Shown piece by piece: positions 1 to 9,331 of a stretch of DNA of 64,000 nucleotides. The first letter of the stretch is position 1. Every line of letters begins with the position of its first letter. Where the stretch lies: assembly GCA_016234595.1 (NCBI GenBank), contig JACRBG010000016.1, positions 36,608 through 100,607 of the forward strand, in the 5' to 3' direction. This DNA is from Chloroflexota bacterium (GTDB lineage: Bacteria; Chloroflexota; Anaerolineae; Aggregatilineales; J027). The translations under genes and the position numbers were made by a program. Under the pieces are notes generated by a model. It searched no databases, was not told the DNA's origin, and saw only the letters and a program-made list of their open reading frames with translations.

Positions 1-387
1 AGAGAGGTTGGGCCGAATTTGATTGACCTGATGCACAAAATCATCCGAATAGAATAAAACGGTTGGGGCAGCATCAGCTAATAATTGTTCTAATTCAGCC
101 GGGGTCAGCCGCCAATTGAGGTTTTGGAGAATCGCACCAATCTTGCCACAGGCCATCCATACATCCATGTATTCGAGGCTATTGGTGGCATAAACAGCCA
201 CTCGGTCGCCTTTGCAAACACCAAGGGAGTCGCGTAAAAAATTGGCCGTGCGATTGGCGGCAATATTCCATTCAAAATAGGTAAGGTCGCGTTGGTTTTG
301 AGTATTAAAGAGGGCGATGTGATCGGGCGTAAATTTTGCGCGTCTGTCTAACCAATCGGCGACATAAAATGAGGCCTGCCTAAACAT
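1..387 (-). CDS. AMP-binding acyl-CoA synthetase / long-chain fatty acid-CoA ligase family, N-terminal part (runs off window)
   Basis: Not in the ORF track. Hand translation of the minus strand from ATG at 387 gives MFRQASFYVADWLDRRAKFTPDHIAL...LTYFEW...GVCKGDRVAVYATNSLEY...KIGAILQNLNWRLTPAEL, the typical N-terminus of ANL adenylating enzymes. Open to the window edge. Confidence 0.85.
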   Translation of the reverse strand, partial: MFRQASFYVADWLDRRAKFTPDHIALFNTQNQRDLTYFEWNIAANRTANFLRDSLGVCKGDRVAVYATNSLEYMDVWMACGKIGAILQNLNWRLTPAELEQLLADAAPTVLFYSDDFVHQVNQIRPNLS

Positions 388-572
388 TAATCGCTCTTTA
401 CTTAATCTAATTTATATTTGATTTATAATAATTATCCCTTGCCTAGCCCAAATTTGCAAAAACATCCGATGAATGAGCCACCTGTGAGAACCTACAAACC
501 CCCTATATTATGCCATCATGTTCTGCTACAATAAATTTGCTCAACTATGAAGAGAGATTAGGGAAACTGTCT

Positions 573-2420
573 GTGATTGATACGCGATCTGATATTCGCA
601 ACATTGCCATTATCGCCCATGTTGATCATGGGAAAACTACGTTGGTAGACGGAATGCTCAAGCAATCCAAAGTATTTCGTGAATCGGCCCATGTAGGGGA
701 ACGTATTTTGGACTCCAATGCGCTAGAGCGTGAGCGCGGTATTACCATTTTGTCAAAAAACACCGCCGTCACCTGGGGCGGTATTAAAATCAATATTGTT
801 GATACACCCGGACACGCCGATTTTGGTGGCGAAGTCGAGCGTGTTTTGAACATGGTCGACGGTGCGCTGCTGTTGATCGACGCCGTTGAAGGCCCAATGC
901 CTCAAACTCGTTTTGTCTTGCGCAAAGCCCTTGCCTTAAATCTTCGGGTCATTGTGGTCATCAACAAAGTTGACCGCGCTGCCTCCCGTTTGGATGAAGT
1001 GCTAAACGAGACGTTTGACTTGTTTATCGAGCTAGGCGCTAACGACACTCAAGCCGAATTTCCTGTTGTGTACGCTATTGGTCTGACAGGCAGTGCTGGT
1101 TATTCCGCCGAGGAACTTACAGGCGATCTATCTCCCTTGTTTGAAACCATCATCAAAGAAATTCCCGGCCCCCGTGTTGACCATGATGCACCAGCCCAAA
1201 TGTTGGTCACCACCTTGGACTACGACAATTACAAGGGGCAAATTGGTGTCGCCCGATTGCTGTCTGGCACCATTCGCAAAGGCATGACCGTTGCCCGTAT
1301 CACCCCCCAAGGGGAACGCAGCATCGGCAAAATTGAATATCTTTTCACCCATCACAATTTGGCTCGTCAAGAAGTCGACGAAGTCACGGCGGGCGATATT
1401 CTGGCCTTTAGCGGGATGGATGAAATCGGGATCAGCGACACCATCGGGGATGTTAGCATGACTGAAGGTTTGCCGCCTATCAGCGTCGAAGAACCCACTG
1501 TCCGCATGACCTTTGGTGTCAATACCTCACCATTTGCTGGACGTGAAGGCAAAACCGGTTGGGGCACATCGCGCCGACTGCGCCAACGTCTCTTTGATGA
1601 AACCCGCGTCAATGTGGCTTTGCGTGTCGCCGATGGGGATTCGCCTGATCGTTTTGTGGTTAGTGGTCGTGGAGAATTGCACCTCGGAATTTTGATCGAA
1701 ACCATGCGCCGTGAAGGCTACGAATTCGATGTCAGCCGACCCGAAGTCATCTTTCATGAAGATCCCGACACGGGCGAGACGATGGAACCTATCGAAGAAG
1801 TACATGTGGATGTGGTCGAAAGCTATGCTGGCACCGTTGTCGAATTGATGGGTGCGCGCCGGGGACAAATGCTTGATATGGTCACGGAAAATGGCACCAC
1901 CTTCCTCAAATATCTAGTGCCCACCCGTGCCTTGCTTGGTTTCCGCTCACAATTCATGCGCTCAACCAGTGGCATGGGCCAAATGCACAGCCTATTTTAT
2001 GGCTATGAACCTGTTTCTGGGCCAGTCCCCAGTCGTCAATTTGGCAGTCTGGTCGCGTGGGAAGATGGCATGGCAACCTCGTATGGTCTGCAAAATGCCC
2101 AAGAGCGGGGGTCGCTGTTTATTGGGCCGGGGATTGATGTGTACGAAGGCATGGTCGTGGGTGAACACATCCGCGCCGAAGACATAGCGGTCAATGTCGC
2201 CAAGACCAAACACCTGACCAATCATCGCGCCAAGCCCACCGAAAAAGATTTCGGTTTGACCCCGCCTCGCAATTTGAGTTTGGATGATTGCATTGAATTT
2301 CTGGCTGAAGATGAACTGCTAGAAGTGACACCCCAAAGCCTGCGTATTCGCAAACGCATCCTCAGCAATGATTTGCGCCAAAAGGATGTCAAACGCCGCG
2401 AAACGATGATTGCGGGCTAA
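573..2420 (+). CDS. typA: Translational GTPase TypA/BipA
   Basis: [40 protein letters not shown] and C-terminal [11 protein letters not shown]. Start moved to GTG 573; the ORF track starts at 510. Confidence 0.97.
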   Translation: MIDTRSDIRNIAIIAHVDHGKTTLVDGMLKQSKVFRESAHVGERILDSNALERERGITILSKNTAVTWGGIKINIVDTPGHADFGGEVERVLNMVDGALLLIDAVEGPMPQTRFVLRKALALNLRVIVVINKVDRAASRLDEVLNETFDLFIELGANDTQAEFPVVYAIGLTGSAGYSAEELTGDLSPLFETIIKEIPGPRVDHDAPAQMLVTTLDYDNYKGQIGVARLLSGTIRKGMTVARITPQGERSIGKIEYLFTHHNLARQEVDEVTAGDILAFSGMDEIGISDTIGDVSMTEGLPPISVEEPTVRMTFGVNTSPFAGREGKTGWGTSRRLRQRLFDETRVNVALRVADGDSPDRFVVSGRGELHLGILIETMRREGYEFDVSRPEVIFHEDPDTGETMEPIEEVHVDVVESYAGTVVELMGARRGQMLDMVTENGTTFLKYLVPTRALLGFRSQFMRSTSGMGQMHSLFYGYEPVSGPVPSRQFGSLVAWEDGMATSYGLQNAQERGSLFIGPGIDVYEGMVVGEHIRAEDIAVNVAKTKHLTNHRAKPTEKDFGLTPPRNLSLDDCIEFLAEDELLEVTPQSLRIRKRILSNDLRQKDVKRRETMIAG

Positions 2421-2439
2421 AATTGTCGCACTAAAAATC

Positions 2440-2472
2440 AAAAAGCGCGGGATGTTGCTCCCGCGTTTTTTA
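2440..2472. terminator. Bidirectional intrinsic terminator between convergent typA and gatC
   Basis: AAAAAGCGCGGGA-TGTTGC-TCCCGCGTTTTTT: GC stem flanked by A- and T-tracts. Confidence 0.8.
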
Positions 2473-2757
2473 TTCCAGAATAGCCTGCACCCGGAATTGC
2501 CCTAATTCGGAGTCGGGGGCATTGGCAAGAGCCGCTTTTTGCTCAAGTCCGGGTTCTACCACATCGGCGGCCAATACATTTTTCAGCGGCAGCACCGAGG
2601 CAGTTGGCGGAATATCATCCGTGTTGAGGGCATTTAATTCAGCAATATAATCCAAAATTGCCGAAAGCTGCACCGCATATTGGTCAAGTTCAGCTTCGGT
2701 TAGGTTCAATTTGGCAAGTTCGGCAATATGTTCAACTTCGGCACGGCTTAGGGACAT
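2470..2757 (-). CDS. gatC: Asp-tRNA(Asn)/Glu-tRNA(Gln) amidotransferase subunit C
   Basis: 95 aa, MSLSRAEVEHIAELAKL...ILDYI..L...ALANAP...FRVQAILE is the GatC pattern. RBS GGAGAGG upstream. Confidence 0.93.
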   Translation of the reverse strand: MSLSRAEVEHIAELAKLNLTEAELDQYAVQLSAILDYIAELNALNTDDIPPTASVLPLKNVLAADVVEPGLEQKAALANAPDSELGQFRVQAILE

Positions 2758-2937
2758 AAGATTTCCTCTCCTGTTTGAAGGGGCATTATAACTTTAAGCC
2801 TCGCCTACGCAAACCCCACGTTTTGGTGGTTAATCACAGTTGGTAGGCAACCCGCCGCCTACCGAAACTGTACAATATGCTACCATTGAGGCAAGAATCA
2901 AATTGAATGAATATGAGTAACCCACCGATTTAAAAGC

Positions 2938-4380
2938 ATGAACTATCAACCACTGCCCGATCCCCTATTTGAATCTGCCTATGCTCTCGTACAAGCAGGT
3001 CGCCATGCCGAGGCACGACGCACCTTGTTGACGCTATTGCAACAGGTTCCTAATCATGTCGAGGCGTTGGTATTGATGGGCTATCTCTCACGCCCTGCCG
3101 AAGCACGGCGCTATTTTATGCAGGCTTTACAACTCGATCCCTATCATGCTCAAGCCCAGCGCGGGTTGTTAAATATTGAGCAGCGGCAGCAGCGGCGTTT
3201 AACTGGGATATTGGTCGCAGGGGTACCCTTTGTCGCCCTAGCAATTGGGTTGTTCTTTTTTATCGGCCTTAATCTATTCGGCGGAAAAAATGATGCTAAT
3301 GAACCCACAGTGCAGGCTTTGGTTTCGAGCGCGACACCGACCCGTCGCCCTGCTAACAATATTCCACGGACAGCGACCCTAGCCACTGATGGTTTCGCAT
3401 CCCCAACCCCGATTGATTGGCTATTGGCAACCCCTAACCAATTCGTACCCCCTTCCCCGACAGTAATTGCTGAGGGGCCAACATCCACCGAAACCGCTAC
3501 GTTGTCTAGCGAAACACCAACCACCACGGCGACGGAAACAACTACAGCGACACCCACATCAACGCAAGGGGGCATTGTTAGCCCTACCCCAACCAGCACA
3601 CCTTCCGAGACCAAGCCACTGCTGACAGGTATTAATCCAACTTCGACACCGACAGCCACATCTACTTTGACACCAACAACTACTCAAACAGCGACTGATA
3701 CCCCACCAATTGTGGGTCAACCCGCTACCGACACATCTACTCCGACCAGCACACCAACCACTACTGCAACCAGTACCTCAACCGCAACTTTGGATACAAC
3801 TGAGACGGCTACAGCAACTGTAACTGCTAGCGCAGCAGTACCCGATACGGCTACGGCAACTTCGACGCCTACAGCTACATCAACCGAAACAGAAACAGCC
3901 ACCCCAACGCCAACCGATGCAATGGTGACATCTACTCCAACTTCGACTTCAGCGCCTGCCTATACCATTATTGACAACAGCTACGATGTCTTGGCCTTGA
4001 TTAATCAGGCCCGCTGCACTAATGGCTTGAATCCGGTGATCCTAAACCCTCTACTCAATAACGCAGCGACCATCCACAGTATTGACATGGCAGTCAACAA
4101 TTTCGTAGATCATGTTGGCTCGGATGGTAGTAATGTTGGCGACCGGGTGACCGCCCAAAATTATCCTTGGGTATTTTTAGGGGAAAATATCGCAGGTGGC
4201 CCAACCAGTGTCACCGCAGCATTTGGCTCATGGGGCACTGAATATATTCTTGACCCCAACATGCGCGAAATGGGCTTAGGGCATGTCTCCAACCCCGACA
4301 GCGATTTGGATCATTATTGGACATTGGTGATGGCAAGCCGAGGTACCGACCCAATTACTTGCGCAGATATTGGCCTATAG
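2938..4380 (+). CDS. Membrane-anchored protein: N-terminal TPR, single TM, long Thr/Pro-rich linker, C-terminal CAP (SCP) domain
   Basis: TPR-like helices (aa 10-80), hydrophobic [21 protein letters not shown], ~200 aa T/P/S-rich stretch, and CAP motifs INQAR..GL, HSIDMA, HVGSDGS, GENIA, YWT. Confidence 0.8.
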   Translation: MNYQPLPDPLFESAYALVQAGRHAEARRTLLTLLQQVPNHVEALVLMGYLSRPAEARRYFMQALQLDPYHAQAQRGLLNIEQRQQRRLTGILVAGVPFVALAIGLFFFIGLNLFGGKNDANEPTVQALVSSATPTRRPANNIPRTATLATDGFASPTPIDWLLATPNQFVPPSPTVIAEGPTSTETATLSSETPTTTATETTTATPTSTQGGIVSPTPTSTPSETKPLLTGINPTSTPTATSTLTPTTTQTATDTPPIVGQPATDTSTPTSTPTTTATSTSTATLDTTETATATVTASAAVPDTATATSTPTATSTETETATPTPTDAMVTSTPTSTSAPAYTIIDNSYDVLALINQARCTNGLNPVILNPLLNNAATIHSIDMAVNNFVDHVGSDGSNVGDRVTAQNYPWVFLGENIAGGPTSVTAAFGSWGTEYILDPNMREMGLGHVSNPDSDLDHYWTLVMASRGTDPITCADIGL

Positions 4381-4459
4381 CAAGTCTTGGCAGGTTGATT
4401 CAGCAAGGGAGGATTTGCAAACCCTCCCTTACAGGTCAGCAAGATGAATACGACGTAAA

Positions 4460-5197
4460 TCAGAGACTCATCTTCTTAAAAATGGATTCGGGGATGTGGA
4501 TAATCACCGCCATAATGTAGCGCCAGAACCAAGGGGCATAGACTGTATTTTTGCCTTTTTTCATGCCGAGGTAAATGGATTTTCCAACCGTAGCAGGAGC
4601 CGCAAACAGGAAATTCTTTTTGACATCCGCGGTCATCGGGGTATCTACGAGACCGGGTTTAATCGTGACCACTGCCACACCTGATTTCGCCAACCGACTG
4701 CGCAACCCTTGCATAAATGCCGTCGTTCCAGCCTTTGCTGTGCCGTAGACATAATTGCTGCCACGTCCACGATCACCTGCTACCGACGAAATGACCGCAA
4801 TACAGCCGCGACGCTGTTGCTCAAAATAATTAGCCAACAAAGTCAGTAGGGATATATTGCTCAATAAATTGAGATTGATTTCCTTCAAAGCAACCTCAAC
4901 GCTGGCTTCGGCAGCCTTTTGATTGCCAAGCGTACCATGAGCTATCAACACTGCATCAAGGCTACCCATTGTTTGGACAGCAGATTCGATGATTTGAGGA
5001 TGTTTGCCAAAATCAGTCAAATCAGCTTCATAAACTTCGGCTCGTTTGGCTCCCCGAGCAATCAAATCATCTTTGATCACCGTGAGTCTATCCATCGGGA
5101 TGCCAACGAGGAAAAATTCAGCCCCCTCAGTTGCAAAAAAACGGGCAGTTTCCTGCGCGATGACAGAAGTCGCGCCGATTATCATAATTTTCAACAT
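4460..5197 (-). CDS. Short-chain dehydrogenase, DprE2-like (decaprenylphospho-2-keto-pentofuranose reductase family)
   Basis: IIGATS.IA, SSVAGDRGR.SNYVYG.AKAG, KPG.VDTPMT. Directly downstream of the DprE1-like gene. Start moved to ATG 5197. Confidence 0.8.
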   Translation of the reverse strand: MLKIMIIGATSVIAQETARFFATEGAEFFLVGIPMDRLTVIKDDLIARGAKRAEVYEADLTDFGKHPQIIESAVQTMGSLDAVLIAHGTLGNQKAAEASVEVALKEINLNLLSNISLLTLLANYFEQQRRGCIAVISSVAGDRGRGSNYVYGTAKAGTTAFMQGLRSRLAKSGVAVVTIKPGLVDTPMTADVKKNFLFAAPATVGKSIYLGMKKGKNTVYAPWFWRYIMAVIIHIPESIFKKMSL

Positions 5198-5199
5198 GG

Positions 5200-6543
5200 T
5201 TATCTTCCATTCGCTGATGCTGTGACCCGTCGCCAGAAACTGGACGAGAATTTTGGGTCTATATAGTGTGCAAATTGTTCCCACTGGGGGAAATAGGCGC
5301 GGAAATTCTCAGGCGACATACGCGCATCCTTAGCCGGATATACCCGACCTTTGGCCTCACGCACAATCACATCCAATTCATCCAACAATTTTAGGGTCTT
5401 TTCGCCATTAAATGCAAAATCAAGGGCTAGTGTCACCCCCGGCATCGGGAACGACATCATCCCCGGCGAAGCAATGTCACCAAAGGTCTTAAGGACAACC
5501 AAGAATGACCCCTCACCTGATTGGGCGATCCGGCGGTACACTTCGCGGATTGCTTCATTATCGCCCTCAATTGGCACGACCAACTGATACTGTAAAAAGC
5601 CGCGTTTGCCATACAGCCGATACCAATTATTGATCGCATCCAGCGGATAATAAAACGGCTCATAATGCACGATACTGCGCACATGCTTACCGAGGGGGAT
5701 GCGATATAACACTGCATTAAACGCCTTAACAGACAGGGTGTTCAACGCAAAAGAGGGTAAATCAAACGGCACAAATGGCTTCAATTTATTGGCTATCGGC
5801 TCTGAGCCAAGTGGTGGATCGTAAAAATTCCCCGCCATAAAGATGCCACGTCCCATGCTGCTTTCACCTGAAAGACAGTCTGACCATGACATAAGGTATT
5901 CGAATTTTTGATCCATTTCTGCCGAAACCGCAAAAAATTCATCCAGATTAGCAAAGCGGATTTTTTCTTGATCAATCAAAGGGCTGGGAATACGTTTGAG
6001 CTTGAATTCAGCCCACGTAATTATCCCAGTCAACCCTAAACCGCCAATCGTGGCCTGATACAACTCAACGTTTTCCGTCGGGGAGCAGATATAGCGCCCA
6101 TCCGAACGGAGCAGTTCAAACTGGGTGACATGACAGCCAAACGTACCCGCGCGGTGATGATTTTTGCCATGCACATCGTTGGCAATCGCCCCGCCAATAG
6201 ATACAAACTTTGTACCGGGGGTGACGGGCAAAAACCACCCGTGCGGCACAATAACCTCTAAAATTTGCTCTAATGAAATCCCTGCCTCGCAACGAACGAG
6301 GCCTTGTTCGGCATCGAATGCCATAAACTGCTGCATATAGCTGGTATCCAATAAGATACCGCCTTCATTCAGACAGCTATCCCCATAACTGCGCCCATAG
6401 CCATAGGGCAGCACGGTCTCCTCGAATTTATTAATGTCAGGCACATCACTTCGCCAGTGAATCTGGTGAATGGCCTTGTGTTCAACGGTGGGATAGCGCC
6501 CCCACGATTTATACTGCTTCAAGCGATTGAGTGGAGTGGTCAC
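5200..6543 (-). CDS. FAD-binding oxidoreductase, DprE1-like (decaprenylphosphoryl-beta-D-ribose oxidase family)
   Basis: GRSYGD, PVTPGTKFVSIGGAIANDVHGKNHH, GGLGLTG, GFLQYQ, SFLVVLK, TLALDF, YPAKD. Confidence 0.85.
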   Translation of the reverse strand: MTTPLNRLKQYKSWGRYPTVEHKAIHQIHWRSDVPDINKFEETVLPYGYGRSYGDSCLNEGGILLDTSYMQQFMAFDAEQGLVRCEAGISLEQILEVIVPHGWFLPVTPGTKFVSIGGAIANDVHGKNHHRAGTFGCHVTQFELLRSDGRYICSPTENVELYQATIGGLGLTGIITWAEFKLKRIPSPLIDQEKIRFANLDEFFAVSAEMDQKFEYLMSWSDCLSGESSMGRGIFMAGNFYDPPLGSEPIANKLKPFVPFDLPSFALNTLSVKAFNAVLYRIPLGKHVRSIVHYEPFYYPLDAINNWYRLYGKRGFLQYQLVVPIEGDNEAIREVYRRIAQSGEGSFLVVLKTFGDIASPGMMSFPMPGVTLALDFAFNGEKTLKLLDELDVIVREAKGRVYPAKDARMSPENFRAYFPQWEQFAHYIDPKFSSSFWRRVTASANGR

Positions 6544-6647
6544 ACTTTGTCCCCAAGCCTAATAGATGATTGTACAAAGGCGATTTTACCAGACAGGGGG
6601 ATTGTTGTCTTGCTTCTCTTCTACTACATCCCGCCTAGAATTATTCC

Positions 6648-9173
6648 CTATTCCGTCGGAAAGAAATTCTCGCAACCAAGATTCATATTGGCGGGATTGC
6701 TGGCAAGTTCGGCAAAATTCGGCCAGTAGGTCGTCTGTTGGGCTGATTGAAAATCTTGCAATGCCCCAGCCAAATCATTGTTGCGCCGTCGAATATCGGC
6801 CCGCAGCAGATACAACACTGTAAAATCAGGATCGCGCTCAATACCCTCAGTATAGGCGTTTTCCGAAGCTTCTAAGTCACCAATAACGCAATAAGCCACC
6901 CCCTTAAACAAATAAAGCTCAGCAAAGTCTCCAAATTCGAGCGCGGCATCCACATCGCGTATGGTGGCGTCATATTGGTGCAGGGCGAGGTTGGCAAATG
7001 CGGATAACAACAAGCCATAAAAACCGCCGTACTCTGGCTGATTACCTGCTGTCAAAATCACGCGATTACCCAGTGTGGGGTCGGGAAATTTTTGTAGCAC
7101 CTCATCGAGCAAGCTGGTGACATCATCAATCCGGCCTTCCCGAATGGCGATGTTAATTGCCAGCGCATAAGGGAAATTGGCCTTCGGGTTGCGGGCAATT
7201 GAGGCGTCAAAATCGGCAGCAGCTTCTGGATATTGGCGATTGAGGAAATAAAATGACCCACGCATGGCATAGGGCAGCCAGTCATTCGGTTCAAGTTCGA
7301 TGGCATGGCCCATTTCTTCAATCGCAACCGGAAAGTTTTGGCGCGAGCCTTCGACATTGGCAATATTGATATACGGGATGGCCCATTTGTTGTCGCTGAT
7401 AAGAATGGCTGTATTAATGTCTTGGACTGCTTCCGAGTAGCGACCAACCCGATCGAGTGCTGCCCCACGTAAATGAAAAACAATGGGGTTACGTGGGTTA
7501 ATTTGTAGGGCACTATCCAGTGATTCGACCGCTTTGGCCGGGTCATCATATAAGTTTTCATAATGGCGATAGACATGCGCCCCAACCGTAACGCCTGTGA
7601 TTTCGGCGCGGGGCAAATCGCCCAAATCATTAAAGGCCACCATTGTGGTCGCCGCGTCATACGCATCCCCATCATAGGCGTGCCAAATCGTCGCAGCAGT
7701 CAGAATTTGGGGAGCGATGGATTGAGAACGCTCATCTTGCAACCTTAAGCGGACATTCCCCGTATCCCAAAGTAAGTCAATTGGTAAATCGGCTTGCCCA
7801 AAATAATTCACCACAATTTCAATTTCAATAAAATCATCGGTGTAATTACCCCACACCAAAATCGGGGCTTGATTGGCTTGGGCTACTTGCATTGCCTCTG
7901 CTTCGGATTTAACAACTTGTGGGTATTCTCGAATCCGAATTCCGGTGATGGGAGCGCCCTTTTCAATCACCTCTATCAAGTCATCCCGAATAAAACGATC
8001 TACTTGAGGCCGTTCATCGCCAAATTTCTCCAAATGGGCGATCAAGACCATCATCTCCCCCGGTGCAACTGGCTCAATCGTGGCGATGGCTGGCTGTTTA
8101 CTAGGTTTATCCTGATTTCGCATTATCACGATGCCGAACAAGATACCCAAACCAATTAGCAAGGCCACGAAAATAGGTAACACCCCCCGCCCCTGTTTTG
8201 CACGTGCAATCAGCGTCGTCCGATTAGTTGGTGCAATCAGTGTTGTTTTGGCATCACGTGGGGCTGGGGTATGTGTAACTACCACCTCATCGGGTAAGGG
8301 GGTTGCAAAACGCGCGGTTGGCAGATTAGAACGAATTCCGGGCGAGAGCATGGCACTGTCGAGGTCTTTCACCAATTCTTCCAATTCGGCCCCTACCCGA
8401 CGGGCACTCGGAATGCGCTCATTGGGTTCTTTCTCCAACATTTGCAGCACCAAATTGACAAGGCGTGGCGGTAAATCGCCCCGGAATTGGGCAAGATCGG
8501 GGACAGGTTGCAATAAAATATTGGCGAGCGTGGCACTCGAAGAGTCAGCATCAAAGGGGTGCTTACCCGCCAGCATTTCGTAAACCACAACCCCAAACGA
8601 CCAAATATCAGTACGGCTGTCATAAGTCTCGCCCCGTATTGCTTCTGGGCTAAGATAAGCTACACTGCCCACCATAGCCCCTGTCTGGGTAACATTTTGG
8701 TGTTTTTCCATGCGGGCCAACCCAAAATCTGTCAAGCGCGGAGTGCCATCGTTTGCTAGTAAAATATTCGCAGGTTTAATATCACGGTGAATAATTTTGA
8801 GATGATGCGCACGGGCAAGGGCATCAGCCAATTCTAATGCAATTTTTAGGATGGTTTGGAGTGGAAGCTGAGGTTGTTTCCGCAGCAAATCTGCCAGTGA
8901 ACCCCCTTCAACGTATTCTAAGATAATGGAGAAATTATCAGTGTCTTCAACGACATCCAACATCTTCACAATGTTGGGGTGATTTAAAATGCGCAACGCC
9001 TCACTTTCGCGCTTCAGCCGTTCCAATAAGCCGGGGTCATCGTCAATCGCATCGGTTGGCAACACTTTGATGGCAACATTTAAACCCGAGGTGGTGTCTT
9101 TACCTAAAAAAACACGCCCCATGCCGCCTTTACCGATTAACTCTAGTCGTTCATAACGTCCAACAGTGTTCAT
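6648..9173 (-). CDS. Hanks-type Ser/Thr protein kinase with TM helix and C-terminal TPR sensor region
   Basis: GKGGMG, VAIK, HRDIKPAN, DFG, YLSPE, DIWSFG; TM LPIFVALLIGLGILFGIVIM; several TPR repeats after aa ~540. Confidence 0.92.
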   Translation of the reverse strand: MNTVGRYERLELIGKGGMGRVFLGKDTTSGLNVAIKVLPTDAIDDDPGLLERLKRESEALRILNHPNIVKMLDVVEDTDNFSIILEYVEGGSLADLLRKQPQLPLQTILKIALELADALARAHHLKIIHRDIKPANILLANDGTPRLTDFGLARMEKHQNVTQTGAMVGSVAYLSPEAIRGETYDSRTDIWSFGVVVYEMLAGKHPFDADSSSATLANILLQPVPDLAQFRGDLPPRLVNLVLQMLEKEPNERIPSARRVGAELEELVKDLDSAMLSPGIRSNLPTARFATPLPDEVVVTHTPAPRDAKTTLIAPTNRTTLIARAKQGRGVLPIFVALLIGLGILFGIVIMRNQDKPSKQPAIATIEPVAPGEMMVLIAHLEKFGDERPQVDRFIRDDLIEVIEKGAPITGIRIREYPQVVKSEAEAMQVAQANQAPILVWGNYTDDFIEIEIVVNYFGQADLPIDLLWDTGNVRLRLQDERSQSIAPQILTAATIWHAYDGDAYDAATTMVAFNDLGDLPRAEITGVTVGAHVYRHYENLYDDPAKAVESLDSALQINPRNPIVFHLRGAALDRVGRYSEAVQDINTAILISDNKWAIPYINIANVEGSRQNFPVAIEEMGHAIELEPNDWLPYAMRGSFYFLNRQYPEAAADFDASIARNPKANFPYALAINIAIREGRIDDVTSLLDEVLQKFPDPTLGNRVILTAGNQPEYGGFYGLLLSAFANLALHQYDATIRDVDAALEFGDFAELYLFKGVAYCVIGDLEASENAYTEGIERDPDFTVLYLLRADIRRRNNDLAGALQDFQSAQQTTYWPNFAELASNPANMNLGCENFFPTE

Positions 9174-9269
9174 TCAGCAGTGCCCCATTGCTTATTCGTG
9201 TGACTAGGGGAATTGTACAAAAATATCCGTTTATTCTGCCAGTCGCTCGATTTTGGCAAACACATAACG

Positions 9270-9303
9270 AAAAAAATCCCCTCTCCATTGATTGGAGAAG
9301 GGA
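9270..9303 (-). terminator. Intrinsic terminator ending the mannan locus
   Basis: Stem TCCCCTCTCCA/TGGAGAAGGGA, followed on the minus strand by a T7 tract just after the GH5 stop. Confidence 0.7.
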
Positions 9304-9331
9304 CTTAGGAGCCAAAAAGATTTAGAAACTA

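Noticed and set aside
3150-3902. Val/Ala/Gly-rich minus-strand ORFs (169 and 61 aa)
   Set aside because: Antisense shadows of the Thr/Pro-rich linker codons (ACN read as NGT); not independent genes.
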